28,022 bases of DNA from the NCBI GenBank assembly GCA_964430095.1, contig CAYSGP010000216.1:1-28022 (forward strand). The letters are read 5' to 3'. Source of the stretch: an uncultured Ignavibacteriaceae bacterium (GTDB taxonomy: Bacteria > Bacteroidota > Ignavibacteria > Ignavibacteriales > Ignavibacteriaceae). Below, in pieces: positions 1-9,650 of this stretch (positions are counted from its first letter, which is position 1; each line of letters opens with the position of its first letter). The notes under the pieces were generated by a model, which saw nothing but the letters and a program-made list of their open reading frames with translations, did not search any database and was not told the origin of the DNA. A program made the position numbers and the translations under genes.

Positions 1-394
1 CGACCTCTTTCTCATCAATTATTTCTTTTACCACATCACCGATTGAAACTAGGCCTGCAAGGCGTTCATTATCAAAAACAGGCAGGTGCCTAATTCTTTT
101 ATTAATCATTAGAACCATGCAGTCTTCTACGCTAGTTGAAGGCTTTACATAAATGACTTTTTCGGACATGATATCTTTTACCGGTGCATCTTTGGACGAT
201 TTTCCTTTTAGCACCACTTTCCTTGCATAGTCACGTTCCGAAATAATACCTACAACTTTTTCTTTGTCCTGGACAAGCAATGCTCCAATTTCTTTTTCAG
301 CCATTAATTTTAATGCTTCAAAAACTGTAGAGTGGGGCGGTATAGTCCAGATTTCATTTCCCTTTCTGTCTAATATATGCTGAACAATCTTCAT
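1..394 (-). CDS. CBS domain-containing protein (3' end runs off the window)
   Basis: Not in the ORF track; translated by hand. ATG at 394 with GGAGG SD upstream. MKIVQHILDRKGNEIWTIPPHSTVFEALKLMAEKEIGALLV...GIISERDYARKV...IRHLPV...GLVSIGDVVK is a tandem CBS pair. Confidence 0.9.
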   Translation of the reverse strand, partial: MKIVQHILDRKGNEIWTIPPHSTVFEALKLMAEKEIGALLVQDKEKVVGIISERDYARKVVLKGKSSKDAPVKDIMSEKVIYVKPSTSVEDCMVLMINKRIRHLPVFDNERLAGLVSIGDVVKEIIDEKEV

Positions 395-592
395 CTGGTA
401 ATCCTCCAAATAGTAAGTTAATATCAATTTTTTATTTGCAGAATGGAGAACGAAAAAAAAGAAGGAATTAATGAAAAGCTAATAACAAAAGACTGTAAAA
501 TCAATAAATCGGAAGATTCATTATTTTATTTTGTGTTTGTAATCAGCATTACTTGATACTCAAATTCAAAACACCGGTCAACCATTAATTTG

Positions 593-619
593 ACCCCCGG
601 TTAAAAATATACCGGGGGT
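593..619 (-). terminator. GC-rich stem-loop just after the Yip1 stop, probable terminator or stabiliser
   Basis: Perfect 9-bp inverted repeat ACCCCCGGT (593-601) / ACCGGGGGT (611-619) with a 9-nt loop, 12 nt past the stop at 632. No clear U-tract on the minus strand. Confidence 0.5.
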
Positions 620-631
620 TTATAAAATCCC

Positions 632-1222
632 TTAGAATTCCGACAAATAATAGCCGCTAAATACTACTCCATTTATTATTACTCCAATTATAATATAAAC
701 AACGATTGCTACAATAAGTGTTACAATAAAATAAGCAACCATTTTATCTTTGGGTACGCTTTTTACTCTCTCTAAACCCATATACAATAAGATAAGCGAA
801 TAAATACTTGCTAAAAGAACTATAATGCTAAGTACAGGGAAAAGATTGAATACCCCAAATACCCATGCCGGAGTATAGCAAAATACGGCTATTTTTAAGG
901 CAGCATTTAAGTCTTTTGTACAGCCGAAGGTTGGAGCAAGCGCATCAATTATGAATGCTAATACGTACACTCCCCCTAAGGTGAGAATATAATGCAGAAT
1001 AGCCCATGTAATACTGCTGCCTATAGAGAGTTTGTAAGAAAATAAACCGTAGGAAATATTAAAAAGGCTGTATCCAATGAATCCGCAAACTGCAGGAATA
1101 GCCGCAAGGATTAAAGCATATTTGGTGAATAAATCCGAGTTGGAAATGGTTTCCATTTTTATTACTTCCCATTCTTTAGATGGGTTTAAGATGATGTTTT
1201 TAGCCCGGTCAACTAAATTCAT
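632..1222 (-). CDS. Yip1 family membrane protein
   Basis: MNLVDRAKNIILNPSKEWEVIK N-terminus and about 5 hydrophobic segments are typical of bacterial Yip1 proteins. Start moved from 1288 to ATG 1222, which has an AGGAG SD and avoids overlap with the upstream gene. Confidence 0.85.
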   Translation of the reverse strand: MNLVDRAKNIILNPSKEWEVIKMETISNSDLFTKYALILAAIPAVCGFIGYSLFNISYGLFSYKLSIGSSITWAILHYILTLGGVYVLAFIIDALAPTFGCTKDLNAALKIAVFCYTPAWVFGVFNLFPVLSIIVLLASIYSLILLYMGLERVKSVPKDKMVAYFIVTLIVAIVVYIIIGVIINGVVFSGYYLSEF

Positions 1223-1271
1223 ATTGAACTCCTCTATTATTTTTGGGAATTTGTAGATGAACTTACCTAAT

Positions 1272-2405
1272 TCAAATATCTCTTTCAATATGCTTAAGTT
1301 TAATATTTCTTGCGGCTAAATGGTTCATAATCTCCTCAAAACAATTTTCATTCTCCCCGATATATTCCGGCGGACAAATTCCTTTTTTCAAAAATTTTTC
1401 TTCTAAAATCAATTTTGCTGCTCCTGTGCAGGTATAGCCGGTAGCTCTTGCCATTGAAGTTGTCCCAGTTTTTTTGTCATATCTATCAAATAATTCATAA
1501 ATATGTTCTTTCGGCTTTCCCTTTTCTTTCCCTCTTATAATTATTTTCATAAATGTAAATTCATCCTGGTTTTTCTCCTGTTGCCAAATTGGCAATAAAA
1601 TTTTAGCAGTAAAATCAATTGGACGTAAGGAATTTCCGTTAATTTTAATTGATTCCGAATTGAAGAATCCGCAGTCAGTTAAAAATTTTATTTTATTTAT
1701 ATGCCCGGGATATCTTAAAGTTTTTTCCTTCATATTCGGTATCAGCATAGTTTTTAAAATCGTTCTTAATCCGTCTGTATTAAAACATTCCAGAGTTCCA
1801 ATAGGTTCTATTTCTAAATTCTCTAACTCGGATAAAGCAGGTTTAATAACTATTTTCCCATTTTCCATTAATCTTGCCGGACGGGTGTATTCCTCGATAA
1901 CATCAATAGGTGAAAATGAAGCGCTGTATTCAAAAGGTAAACTACGTTTGAAAGGAAGTCCGCCTACTAAACATTCATAAAATTCTACTTTCATTTTTTT
2001 ATTATGATAACCGAGGATAAGATTGCTTAGACCGGGGGAAACTCCGCAATCAACTACTGCTGTTAAATTTTTTCTTTCTGCCAGCTCATTAAGCTGAAAC
2101 GGATTTTCACTAAAAAAAGAGATATCGACTATATTCTTTCCGGCTTTAATAGCATTCTTGAGTACTTTAAATCCTATATAGCCTGGCACTGCCCCGATTA
2201 CTAAATCAGCATCTTTTATTAAAAGGGGGATTAGCTTAAAATCAGTCAAATCAGCAATGGTAGTTTTAATATTTAGCTGCTTAAAACGACTGCTGAGCTT
2301 CTTATTCTCTGTCAAATCAATTACTTCAACCGCATAATTTGTACTTAAATCAATTGCTATAGCTGATCCCATCATTCCGCCGCCTAAAACCGCTATTTTT
2401 TTCAT
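1272..2405 (-). CDS. Saccharopine dehydrogenase family protein (lysine 6-dehydrogenase-like)
   Basis: N-terminal Rossmann motif VLGGGMMG, plus DCGVSPGLSN, FSPIDVIEEY, FNTDGLRT and EKTLRYPGH family motifs. Confidence 0.85.
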   Translation of the reverse strand: MKKIAVLGGGMMGSAIAIDLSTNYAVEVIDLTENKKLSSRFKQLNIKTTIADLTDFKLIPLLIKDADLVIGAVPGYIGFKVLKNAIKAGKNIVDISFFSENPFQLNELAERKNLTAVVDCGVSPGLSNLILGYHNKKMKVEFYECLVGGLPFKRSLPFEYSASFSPIDVIEEYTRPARLMENGKIVIKPALSELENLEIEPIGTLECFNTDGLRTILKTMLIPNMKEKTLRYPGHINKIKFLTDCGFFNSESIKINGNSLRPIDFTAKILLPIWQQEKNQDEFTFMKIIIRGKEKGKPKEHIYELFDRYDKKTGTTSMARATGYTCTGAAKLILEEKFLKKGICPPEYIGENENCFEEIMNHLAARNIKLKHIERDI

Positions 2406-2609
2406 AAATTTCTCAACTCTTATTTTTTTTATGTTTCAGGGGAAAAAATTCCTTATTTTAAATATAACATTTTAATAAGCGACTTAAATAGACTTATCCC
2501 AACAAACGATTTGTACATGAACTCCTGAAAGACTTAATGCAGTATGTTCACTTACAGGGAAAAATAGTTTTTGGATTCATGTATGAGAAAAAAATAAGGT
2601 GAGGTTTTT

Positions 2610-3878
2610 ATGAAATCAATTTTAATTATACTAATATGTTTTTCAATTTCGATAGGTTATGCTCAGTTTGATATTCTTGACAAAGTTAAAGATAAAGTTG
2701 AAGAAAAAGCCGAGGAAGAGACCGATGAGGCGATTGATAAAACAATAGACGAAGCCACGGAAAATCAAGATGAAGAAAAAAAGGAGGAAAATAGTGCCGA
2801 AGAAGAAAGCAATGATGAAGGAAATGTTTCTAAGAATTCATCCTCAACCGTGAAAGAAGAAGAACTTAAGTCATTTTCAAAATATGATTTCATTCCTGGA
2901 GATCAAGTGTTGTTTTATGAAGATTTTTCACAGGATAATATCGGTGACTTTCCGGCTTTATGGAATACAAACAGCAGCGGAGAGGTTGTTACACTCAATA
3001 ACTATCCCAGTCACTGGTTCCAGGTTGGGAATGGGGGAACATTTATGCCCGATATGAAAGGTTCTTTCGGCGAAAATTTTACTCTTGAATATGATTTAGT
3101 TTATGCCCCTGCATCCCCAACAAATGAGACTCAATATAATATCGAATTTATTTCGGGCAAAGGTGAAGATGAAGGTATCGATGCATTAGTGCCGGGAAAC
3201 GGCGGCTGCTCTTTTGCAATAAATGGCGGCAGTGTTTCTATTTCAGGCTGGAAGGATCAGAATTATGGGAATGTAAACAATACGAAGGATGTAAATATTT
3301 TAAGTAATAGCAAAAACGAAAAAGTTCGTGTATCGTTTTCATTCCAAAAACAAAGAGTCCGGTTCTGGTTAAACGAAGAAAAAATTTATGACCTGCCCAA
3401 GCTGCTAGGTTCAGATTTGGTAATAGACCATATAAGATTCAGCACAGGACAAACTGATGATCAAAAACCTTTTTTATATATAACAAATCTGCGTATTGCC
3501 ACCGGCAAACCGGATATGCGGAGTAAACTTTTAACTGAAGGAAAACTTGTTACACACGGAATTTTGTTTGATGTAAATTCAGATAAAATTAAACCTGAGT
3601 CTTATGGAACATTAAAAGAAATAGCCAATGTCTTAAAGGAAAATTCTTCAGTTAAAGTGAAAATTGTAGGACATACAGACAGCGACGGGGACGATGCATC
3701 TAATTTAGATCTTTCCAAACGACGTGCTGCTTCTGTTAAAAATACGTTGAATTCAGAGTTCGGGATTGATGGCTCAAGAATAGAAACAGACGGCAAAGGT
3801 GAATCGCAGCCGGTCACGGATAATAATTCACAGGAAGGAAAAGCTAATAATAGAAGAGTAGAACTAATCAAATTATAA
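2610..3878 (+). CDS. OmpA family protein (signal peptide, acidic linker, central beta-rich domain, C-terminal OmpA-like peptidoglycan-binding domain)
   Basis: Signal peptide; YDFIPGDQVLFYEDFSQDNIGDFP; C-terminal ILFDVNSDKIK...IVGHTDSDG...NLDLSKRRA...GKGESQP...NRRVE. Confidence 0.9.
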   Translation: MKSILIILICFSISIGYAQFDILDKVKDKVEEKAEEETDEAIDKTIDEATENQDEEKKEENSAEEESNDEGNVSKNSSSTVKEEELKSFSKYDFIPGDQVLFYEDFSQDNIGDFPALWNTNSSGEVVTLNNYPSHWFQVGNGGTFMPDMKGSFGENFTLEYDLVYAPASPTNETQYNIEFISGKGEDEGIDALVPGNGGCSFAINGGSVSISGWKDQNYGNVNNTKDVNILSNSKNEKVRVSFSFQKQRVRFWLNEEKIYDLPKLLGSDLVIDHIRFSTGQTDDQKPFLYITNLRIATGKPDMRSKLLTEGKLVTHGILFDVNSDKIKPESYGTLKEIANVLKENSSVKVKIVGHTDSDGDDASNLDLSKRRAASVKNTLNSEFGIDGSRIETDGKGESQPVTDNNSQEGKANNRRVELIKL

Positions 3879-3937
3879 TACCTGGTAAAAAATAGATTTA
3901 TAATAAAATCTGAAGTTTTTTATAATCTTTTACAACC

Positions 3938-3969
3938 GGAATTTGAGCAATCGAATTCCTGTTTTATTT
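3938..3969 (+). terminator. Possible intrinsic terminator after ompA
   Basis: GGAATTTG-agcaat-CGAATTCC stem (one G-U pair) followed by TGTTTTATTT. Confidence 0.4.
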
Positions 3970-4234
3970 TCATTTCATAATCCCTGCTTCATCTAAATTA
4001 TCAAAAAACAAAAAATATTTTCCACAAGATATGGAAGAAGATCGCTTGCTTTACAGCGCTTTCCCAAAATCCGACCTGTAAATTTTTACTCATTAGAAAA
4101 AAGATTCCGAATATCAAAAAATATACTGCACTGTTAAGATAATTGGTACTGTAATTCATTTTCCACTGCTTTCCTCTGCCTTTCATTATAGGTAAATTAA
4201 AGTTATTTTTCTGCATGAATTTCAAATTTTTCTA

Positions 4235-5017
4235 ATGGAAAAAATCTCTATAATTGTTATAACGAAAGATGAAGAAGATTCAATTACGGACTGCTTGAGG
4301 AGTGTCGATTGGGCAGATGAAATTATTTTGGTTGATTCGGAAAGCAGGGATCAAACTGTAAAGCTGGCTAAAAAATTTACTTCAAAAATATTTGTTAAAG
4401 CTTGGGAAGGTTTTTTCGCGCAGAAGAAATATGCTCTAAGCCTAACAAGTAATGAATGGATATTAAATATCGATGCCGACGAAAGGGTTTCTGAACCTTT
4501 AATGAATGAAATCTTTAATTTGGAATTCTCTTCGTCAGATGGTTTTTACATTCCGCGTGAAAATTATTTCATGAATAAAAAAATTACCACCTGCGGATGG
4601 AATAAAGATAATCAGCTGAGGTTATTTAAAAAATCTAAAACAAAACTGACGGATAAATTAGTTCATGAAGGATTTGTAGTGGACGGTAAAGTGAATTATT
4701 TAATAAATCCGCTGATTCATTATACGTTTAAAACTATATCCGGCACCCTGTCGAAGATTAACTATTACTCCACTCTTCGGGCTTTGGAAACCTTCAAGGA
4801 AAAAGGGAAGATAAATGCATTTACAATTATTTTGCACTCCTTTTCGGCCTTTTTCAGATTCTTCTTCTCATTAAAAGGTTATAAAGACGGTATATACGGC
4901 TTTTTAATCTCAATCTTCAATTCCTTTACAACCCTGCTTGTATATTCTAAAACCTGGGAGCTCCAGAAAAATTCCTCATTGAATGAAAAGAACTTAGCAG
5001 AGAACGGACAAACTTAA
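4235..5017 (+). CDS. Glycosyltransferase family 2 (LPS core beta-glucosyltransferase, KdtX/WaaE-like)
   Basis: ISIIVITKDEE, VDSESRDQT, DADE DxD motif, VHEGF; first gene of an LPS-related operon. Confidence 0.9.
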   Translation: MEKISIIVITKDEEDSITDCLRSVDWADEIILVDSESRDQTVKLAKKFTSKIFVKAWEGFFAQKKYALSLTSNEWILNIDADERVSEPLMNEIFNLEFSSSDGFYIPRENYFMNKKITTCGWNKDNQLRLFKKSKTKLTDKLVHEGFVVDGKVNYLINPLIHYTFKTISGTLSKINYYSTLRALETFKEKGKINAFTIILHSFSAFFRFFFSLKGYKDGIYGFLISIFNSFTTLLVYSKTWELQKNSSLNEKNLAENGQT

Positions 5018-5031
5018 AATTATTTTTCTTA

Positions 5032-6879
5032 ATGAAGACGTACTTCAGGATCTTAAAATATGTAAAACCTTACTGGAAACATCTCCTTATATCTGTTGTA
5101 TGCACAATTTTATTTGCGACACTAAACGGCGCCTCGGTATATCTTACAATTCCCCTTCTAGATACATTGTTCCAGGAAACTGTTCACCACGAAGCTTCTT
5201 CCCAAACAGATAAAACAGCGGGTATTTTGCCGGATTGGATATATAATCTTGGGAAAGAAATATCCGATTCATTCAACAAATTTGTTTTCAGCGGCAATAA
5301 TATTGAAGCTTTAATTAAGATATGTTTATTAGTCCTTCTTACATTTTTGGGAAAAAATGTTTTCGGCTATCTGCAGGCATATTATCTTACTTATGTAGAA
5401 TACGGTGCAATGAAAAACTTACGGGATGAAACCTATGAACATCTGCATCAGCTGCCGATGAGCTATTTTAAAAAAGAACGGGTAGGAAATTTAATTTCAC
5501 GCTTTATAAACGATGTAAGTGTTATTCAATCCAGCATCTCAGCAACATTTCTAAATTTAATCCGGGAACCGCTTACAATACTGGTGTTCTTTATTATAGC
5601 TTTAAGTATCAGCTGGCAATTGACCCTTGTTGCTTTTATTATTCTTCCATTCTCAATGCTGATTATTACTTGGATAGGAATTAAACTGAAGAAATACAGT
5701 ATTGCGGTGCAGGCAAAAATGGCCGATATTACAAGTATACTCCAGGAAACCATTTCCGGAGTTAAAATTGTCAAAGCATTCGGGATGGAATCTTATGAGA
5801 ATAAAAAATTTAAAAGAGAAACTTTTAATTACTTAAAAATGATTCTTCGAATTGTAAGAGTAAGAAATGCTGCTTCCCCAGTTACTGAATTTTTAAGTGT
5901 TATAGTAGGCGTAATTATTATTTACTACGGCGGAGTTCTTGTACTTCAAAATTACACCCTAAAGGCGAGTGAATTTTTAGGTTTCCTGTTTGCAATTTTT
6001 CAAATGATGCCGCCGATTAAAGAATTAAGCAGTGTAAACAGCCGGATACAGGAAGCAAGCGGAGCTGCCGAAAGAGTTTTTGAAATTCTGGATACTAAAC
6101 CGGATATTAAAAATGCCGATGTTCCCATAGTAATTAATTCTTTTAATCATTCGATAACTTTTGAAAATGTTTCTTTTTCATATAATGATTCGGAAGAACC
6201 GGTGCTTAAAAATATCGTGTTCACTGTAAAAAAAGGAGAAGTGCTTGCTTTGGTGGGTCCAAGCGGCGGGGGCAAATCAACTTTAGTAGACCTGATCCCC
6301 CGGTTTTATGATCCTATTCATGGAAGAATACTGCTGGATGAAATTGATATAAGAAATATTTCCCTTCAAAGCCTTAGATCCCTTATGGGAATAGTAACTC
6401 AAGAAACCTTTCTTTTCAATGAGTCAGTAAGAAATAATATTGCTTACGGTCTGAATGAGTACCCGATTGAAAAAATAATTGAGGCTTCAAAAGCCGCAAA
6501 TGCCCATAACTTTATAGAAGAAATGCCCGACGGATACAATACAATTATCGGCGAAAGAGGGATTAGACTTTCAGGCGGCCAGCGGCAAAGACTGTCAATC
6601 GCCAGGGCTATCTTAAAAAATCCGTCAATTATGATCTTCGACGAGGCTACTTCTGCACTCGACAACGAATCAGAAATTCTAGTACAGGAAGCAATTGAAA
6701 GAATGATGGAAAATAGGACAACCATTGTCATTGCTCATCGGCTCAGCACCATAAGAAATGCTACAAGAATTCTTGTCCTTGATAAGGGAAATATCATCCA
6801 AGCCGGCAGGCATGACGAGTTGATAGAAATTTCAAACGGACTTTATAAAAAATTTTATGAAATGCAGTTTAGAGATTGA
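5032..6879 (+). CDS. msbA: ABC exporter, fused TMD-NBD, MsbA-like lipid A/LPS flippase
   Basis: Transmembrane domain followed by Walker A GPSGGGKST, signature LSGGQRQR, Walker B IMIFDEATSALD and IAHRLST. It lies between a GT2 and an O-antigen ligase. The ABC call is firm; the substrate is inferred. Confidence 0.8.
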   Translation: MKTYFRILKYVKPYWKHLLISVVCTILFATLNGASVYLTIPLLDTLFQETVHHEASSQTDKTAGILPDWIYNLGKEISDSFNKFVFSGNNIEALIKICLLVLLTFLGKNVFGYLQAYYLTYVEYGAMKNLRDETYEHLHQLPMSYFKKERVGNLISRFINDVSVIQSSISATFLNLIREPLTILVFFIIALSISWQLTLVAFIILPFSMLIITWIGIKLKKYSIAVQAKMADITSILQETISGVKIVKAFGMESYENKKFKRETFNYLKMILRIVRVRNAASPVTEFLSVIVGVIIIYYGGVLVLQNYTLKASEFLGFLFAIFQMMPPIKELSSVNSRIQEASGAAERVFEILDTKPDIKNADVPIVINSFNHSITFENVSFSYNDSEEPVLKNIVFTVKKGEVLALVGPSGGGKSTLVDLIPRFYDPIHGRILLDEIDIRNISLQSLRSLMGIVTQETFLFNESVRNNIAYGLNEYPIEKIIEASKAANAHNFIEEMPDGYNTIIGERGIRLSGGQRQRLSIARAILKNPSIMIFDEATSALDNESEILVQEAIERMMENRTTIVIAHRLSTIRNATRILVLDKGNIIQAGRHDELIEISNGLYKKFYEMQFRD

Positions 6880-8105
6880 TTTTAAAAAAATGGACAATGA
6901 TTACAAGCAGATTTAATTCAAGGCTGCCGTTTTTTATTTTAATCTGTTTTGCGTGCAGTTTTTTAATATCTCTGTTTCTAGTTCAACTATTTGGAGTGCT
7001 TCTTACATTTATTTGGATTCTTGAAAAATTCAGTGAAAAGCGGAAAGCATTTGACATTTTCTCCCTGTTAATTCTCACCTATGGATCAGTGAGATTAATT
7101 TCAATTATATTTGCCGATTTTCCCGAAGAAAGCATTCAATCCTTATATAAAGAAGCTCTTTTTTATTTTGCTTTTTTTTCGATCAGCTTTTATTTAAAAA
7201 TTTTCGACCGGAATTATCTGACTAAAATTGTATCTGGATTTGCTGCCGCCTCAGCTGCTGTAGCTGTAATCGGTATTATTAAATTCAATTTAGATTTTGA
7301 TTATAGGGCAAGCTCTTTTAGTTCCGGGTATATGACCTTTTCTACTTATCTGCTGGCAGCTTTGCCTGTTCTAATCTTCAGCCTTCCGCTCCATAACGTT
7401 TCATTAAACTGGCTGATAAGATCATTTGGAATTTCTTTCATTTTATCAGGGGTCATTACTTCTCTAGGGAGGGTAAATATAGCTATAGCTGTTTTAATTT
7501 TTTTAACCGGTTTGGTTCTAAAAAAAATCAATCTAAAAGAAGTCATTGCAATAATTGCACTTACATTTTTTTTATGTTCAATTTCTTTTTATAATAACAG
7601 TTTTGGATTATTCGGATACAGAGTAAGCAACCCTTCACTCTTATCCGACAGAGATATACTTATAAAAGGGGCTGAGGATGTTTTTTTGATATTCAAGAAT
7701 CCTTTATTGGGTTACGGACCAAGAAGTTTTCACCTGATTTTCCCATATATGAATGAGTTAAGCGACCCGAGGATAAACAGCTGGCATAATGATTTTTTAC
7801 AGCTTTATTTTGAAAGCGGATTCTTAGGATTCTTATCCTTGTGCCTCTTGATTTTTTTCCCTCTTTTCTCTGGAATTAAATATTTGTTGAAGAAGAAAGC
7901 AAGCAATCCTTCTTTTAAAGAATTAATACTAGGAATATCTGTTTCAATTATAGCACTCATGATTTCGGCATTATTCTCTGTGTTTATAAATTCACCTGTC
8001 CTATCTTTAGTGTTCGCCTTTTTATTAGCTCTTGAATCGGCGGTCTTCTATAAAGAAGGAATCTATAAAGAATTAAACCTTTCTAAATTAAAAACTGGAG
8101 CTTAA
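6876..8105 (+). CDS. O-antigen ligase (WaaL/Wzy_C) family protein
   Basis: Many hydrophobic segments; GYGP...HNDFLQLYFESGFLG motif; TTG start overlapping the msbA stop. Confidence 0.8.
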   Translation: MILKKWTMITSRFNSRLPFFILICFACSFLISLFLVQLFGVLLTFIWILEKFSEKRKAFDIFSLLILTYGSVRLISIIFADFPEESIQSLYKEALFYFAFFSISFYLKIFDRNYLTKIVSGFAAASAAVAVIGIIKFNLDFDYRASSFSSGYMTFSTYLLAALPVLIFSLPLHNVSLNWLIRSFGISFILSGVITSLGRVNIAIAVLIFLTGLVLKKINLKEVIAIIALTFFLCSISFYNNSFGLFGYRVSNPSLLSDRDILIKGAEDVFLIFKNPLLGYGPRSFHLIFPYMNELSDPRINSWHNDFLQLYFESGFLGFLSLCLLIFFPLFSGIKYLLKKKASNPSFKELILGISVSIIALMISALFSVFINSPVLSLVFAFLLALESAVFYKEGIYKELNLSKLKTGA

Positions 8106-8106
8106 A

Positions 8107-9609
8107 GTGGAAGTAAAAGAAACAAATCATGTTTATGAATTGGCTGAACAGTTTTCTTCCGGGTTCAACAGCAATGTAAATGAAACAGCAATAATTCTTG
8201 CCGCCGGGCACGGCAAAAGAATAAAATCTCAAAGATCAAAAATGCTGCATAAAATTTGGGAAGTTCCCACTGTCGAGCGGGTTTATAATGCATGTAAAGA
8301 AGGAATAAAAGATTTAAATATCATTATTGTAGTCGGTATAAAAGCTAAGGATGTAATCGAATTAATAGGAAAACGGGAATCCACCATATTTGCTTACCAG
8401 GAATTTCAGAACGGAACCGGACATGCAGTACAGGTCGCTTTAGGCAGAATAGAAAATAAAGTTTCCGATGGAATTGTTTATGTCCTTCCGGGGGATATGG
8501 GGCTTATCGATAAGGAAACGATGAAATTATTCCGGGAAGAATTTATGAAAACCGGTTCAGATATGACGGTCTTGACCGGTTTGTTTGAGGGAAACCCCAA
8601 AGATAATTCTTATGGAAGAATAATCCGTGTTAAGGAAAAAGATGAAAAAGGGAAGTCTTCCGCCGATAAAGGAAAAGTTATTGAGATTATGGAATACAAA
8701 GATATTCTGTCTCTTCCGGAGGATAAACCATACAAAGTTGCATTCAACGAAAGAACTTATTCCTTTTCAAGGAGGGAGTTAATTGAAAACCCTGAATTTA
8801 ATTCCGGTGTGTATGCATTTAAGTATAAAAAACTATCAGAGCTTGTCAGCCGGTTGTCCAACGAAAATGTTCAGAAAGAAATTTATATAACTGATCTTAT
8901 CAGCTTATTTAATAAAAAGAACTACACTGTAATGGCAATCAGCCCCGTTGAGCAGTATGTTGTAATGGGTTTTAATAATAAATCTGTGCTGAAGGAGATG
9001 GAAGATGTTGCGCGAAGCAAAGTTTATGATAAGCTTAAAGATATTATAGATATTAAAGATCCGGATGATTTTTTTATTCATGAATCTGTAGTTGATGAAA
9101 TAATTGAAATGGATAAGAAAAATATTCCGCTGGATATTACGGTTGGAAAGGGGGTTTATCTTGGGAAAGGAATCAAATTAAATTATAACCTGGAATTTAA
9201 AAAAAATGCTTTTGTTACCTCTAATGTTCAATTTGGTCAGAATGTAGTTATCTGGCAGAATGTTCATCTTTCCTGCCTTGCGCATCAGAAGATTTTAATC
9301 GGCAACAATGTTGAAATTCTCTGGGGTGATATAATTAAGGGGAATATTGTTATTGGAGATAACTGCAGAATAGAATCTAGTGTTAATATGACTGGAAGCG
9401 ATGAACATCCCCTAAAAATCGGGAAGAATGTGCTGATAAAAGGGACAAGCTATATTTTCGGATCAATAATTGAAGATGATATTCAAATTGAACACAGCGT
9501 TTTAATCAAAAAGAAAGTTGAAAAACTCATCAAAAGAAATGGCGGCGTGCAAAAAATAAGATATTATCTTCCTATGCCGGAGGGGATCGACGCAGTAGAA
9601 GATCTTTAA
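8107..9609 (+). CDS. glmU: GlmU-like sugar-phosphate nucleotidyltransferase with a shortened left-handed beta-helix
   Basis: LAAGHGKRIKSQRSKMLHKI, QNGTGHAV, GDMGLI, YGRIIR, FNSGVY, IYITDLI and GFN correspond to the GlmU N-terminal domain, followed by hexapeptide repeats. GTG start. The acetyltransferase half looks degenerate (see findings). Confidence 0.75.
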   Translation: MEVKETNHVYELAEQFSSGFNSNVNETAIILAAGHGKRIKSQRSKMLHKIWEVPTVERVYNACKEGIKDLNIIIVVGIKAKDVIELIGKRESTIFAYQEFQNGTGHAVQVALGRIENKVSDGIVYVLPGDMGLIDKETMKLFREEFMKTGSDMTVLTGLFEGNPKDNSYGRIIRVKEKDEKGKSSADKGKVIEIMEYKDILSLPEDKPYKVAFNERTYSFSRRELIENPEFNSGVYAFKYKKLSELVSRLSNENVQKEIYITDLISLFNKKNYTVMAISPVEQYVVMGFNNKSVLKEMEDVARSKVYDKLKDIIDIKDPDDFFIHESVVDEIIEMDKKNIPLDITVGKGVYLGKGIKLNYNLEFKKNAFVTSNVQFGQNVVIWQNVHLSCLAHQKILIGNNVEILWGDIIKGNIVIGDNCRIESSVNMTGSDEHPLKIGKNVLIKGTSYIFGSIIEDDIQIEHSVLIKKKVEKLIKRNGGVQKIRYYLPMPEGIDAVEDL

Positions 9610-9650
9610 TTACATAAAATATTTCTTAATAAATATTTTTTCTTCATTTA

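Noticed and set aside
443-556. 37-codon plus-strand ORF (MENEKKEGINEKL...) in the CBS upstream region
   Set aside because: Short, low-complexity, no SD or recognisable motif, and it lies in the probable promoter region of the CBS gene.
1223-1288. Longer Yip1 start given by the ORF track
   Set aside because: Overlaps the upstream gene; ATG 1222 has an SD and matches the family N-terminus.
4001-4225. 74-aa hydrophobic minus-strand ORF between ompA and the GT2 gene
   Set aside because: Phe/Ile richness is expected from AT-rich intergenic DNA and there is no family motif. A 52-aa product from the internal ATG cannot be excluded, but I cannot support it.
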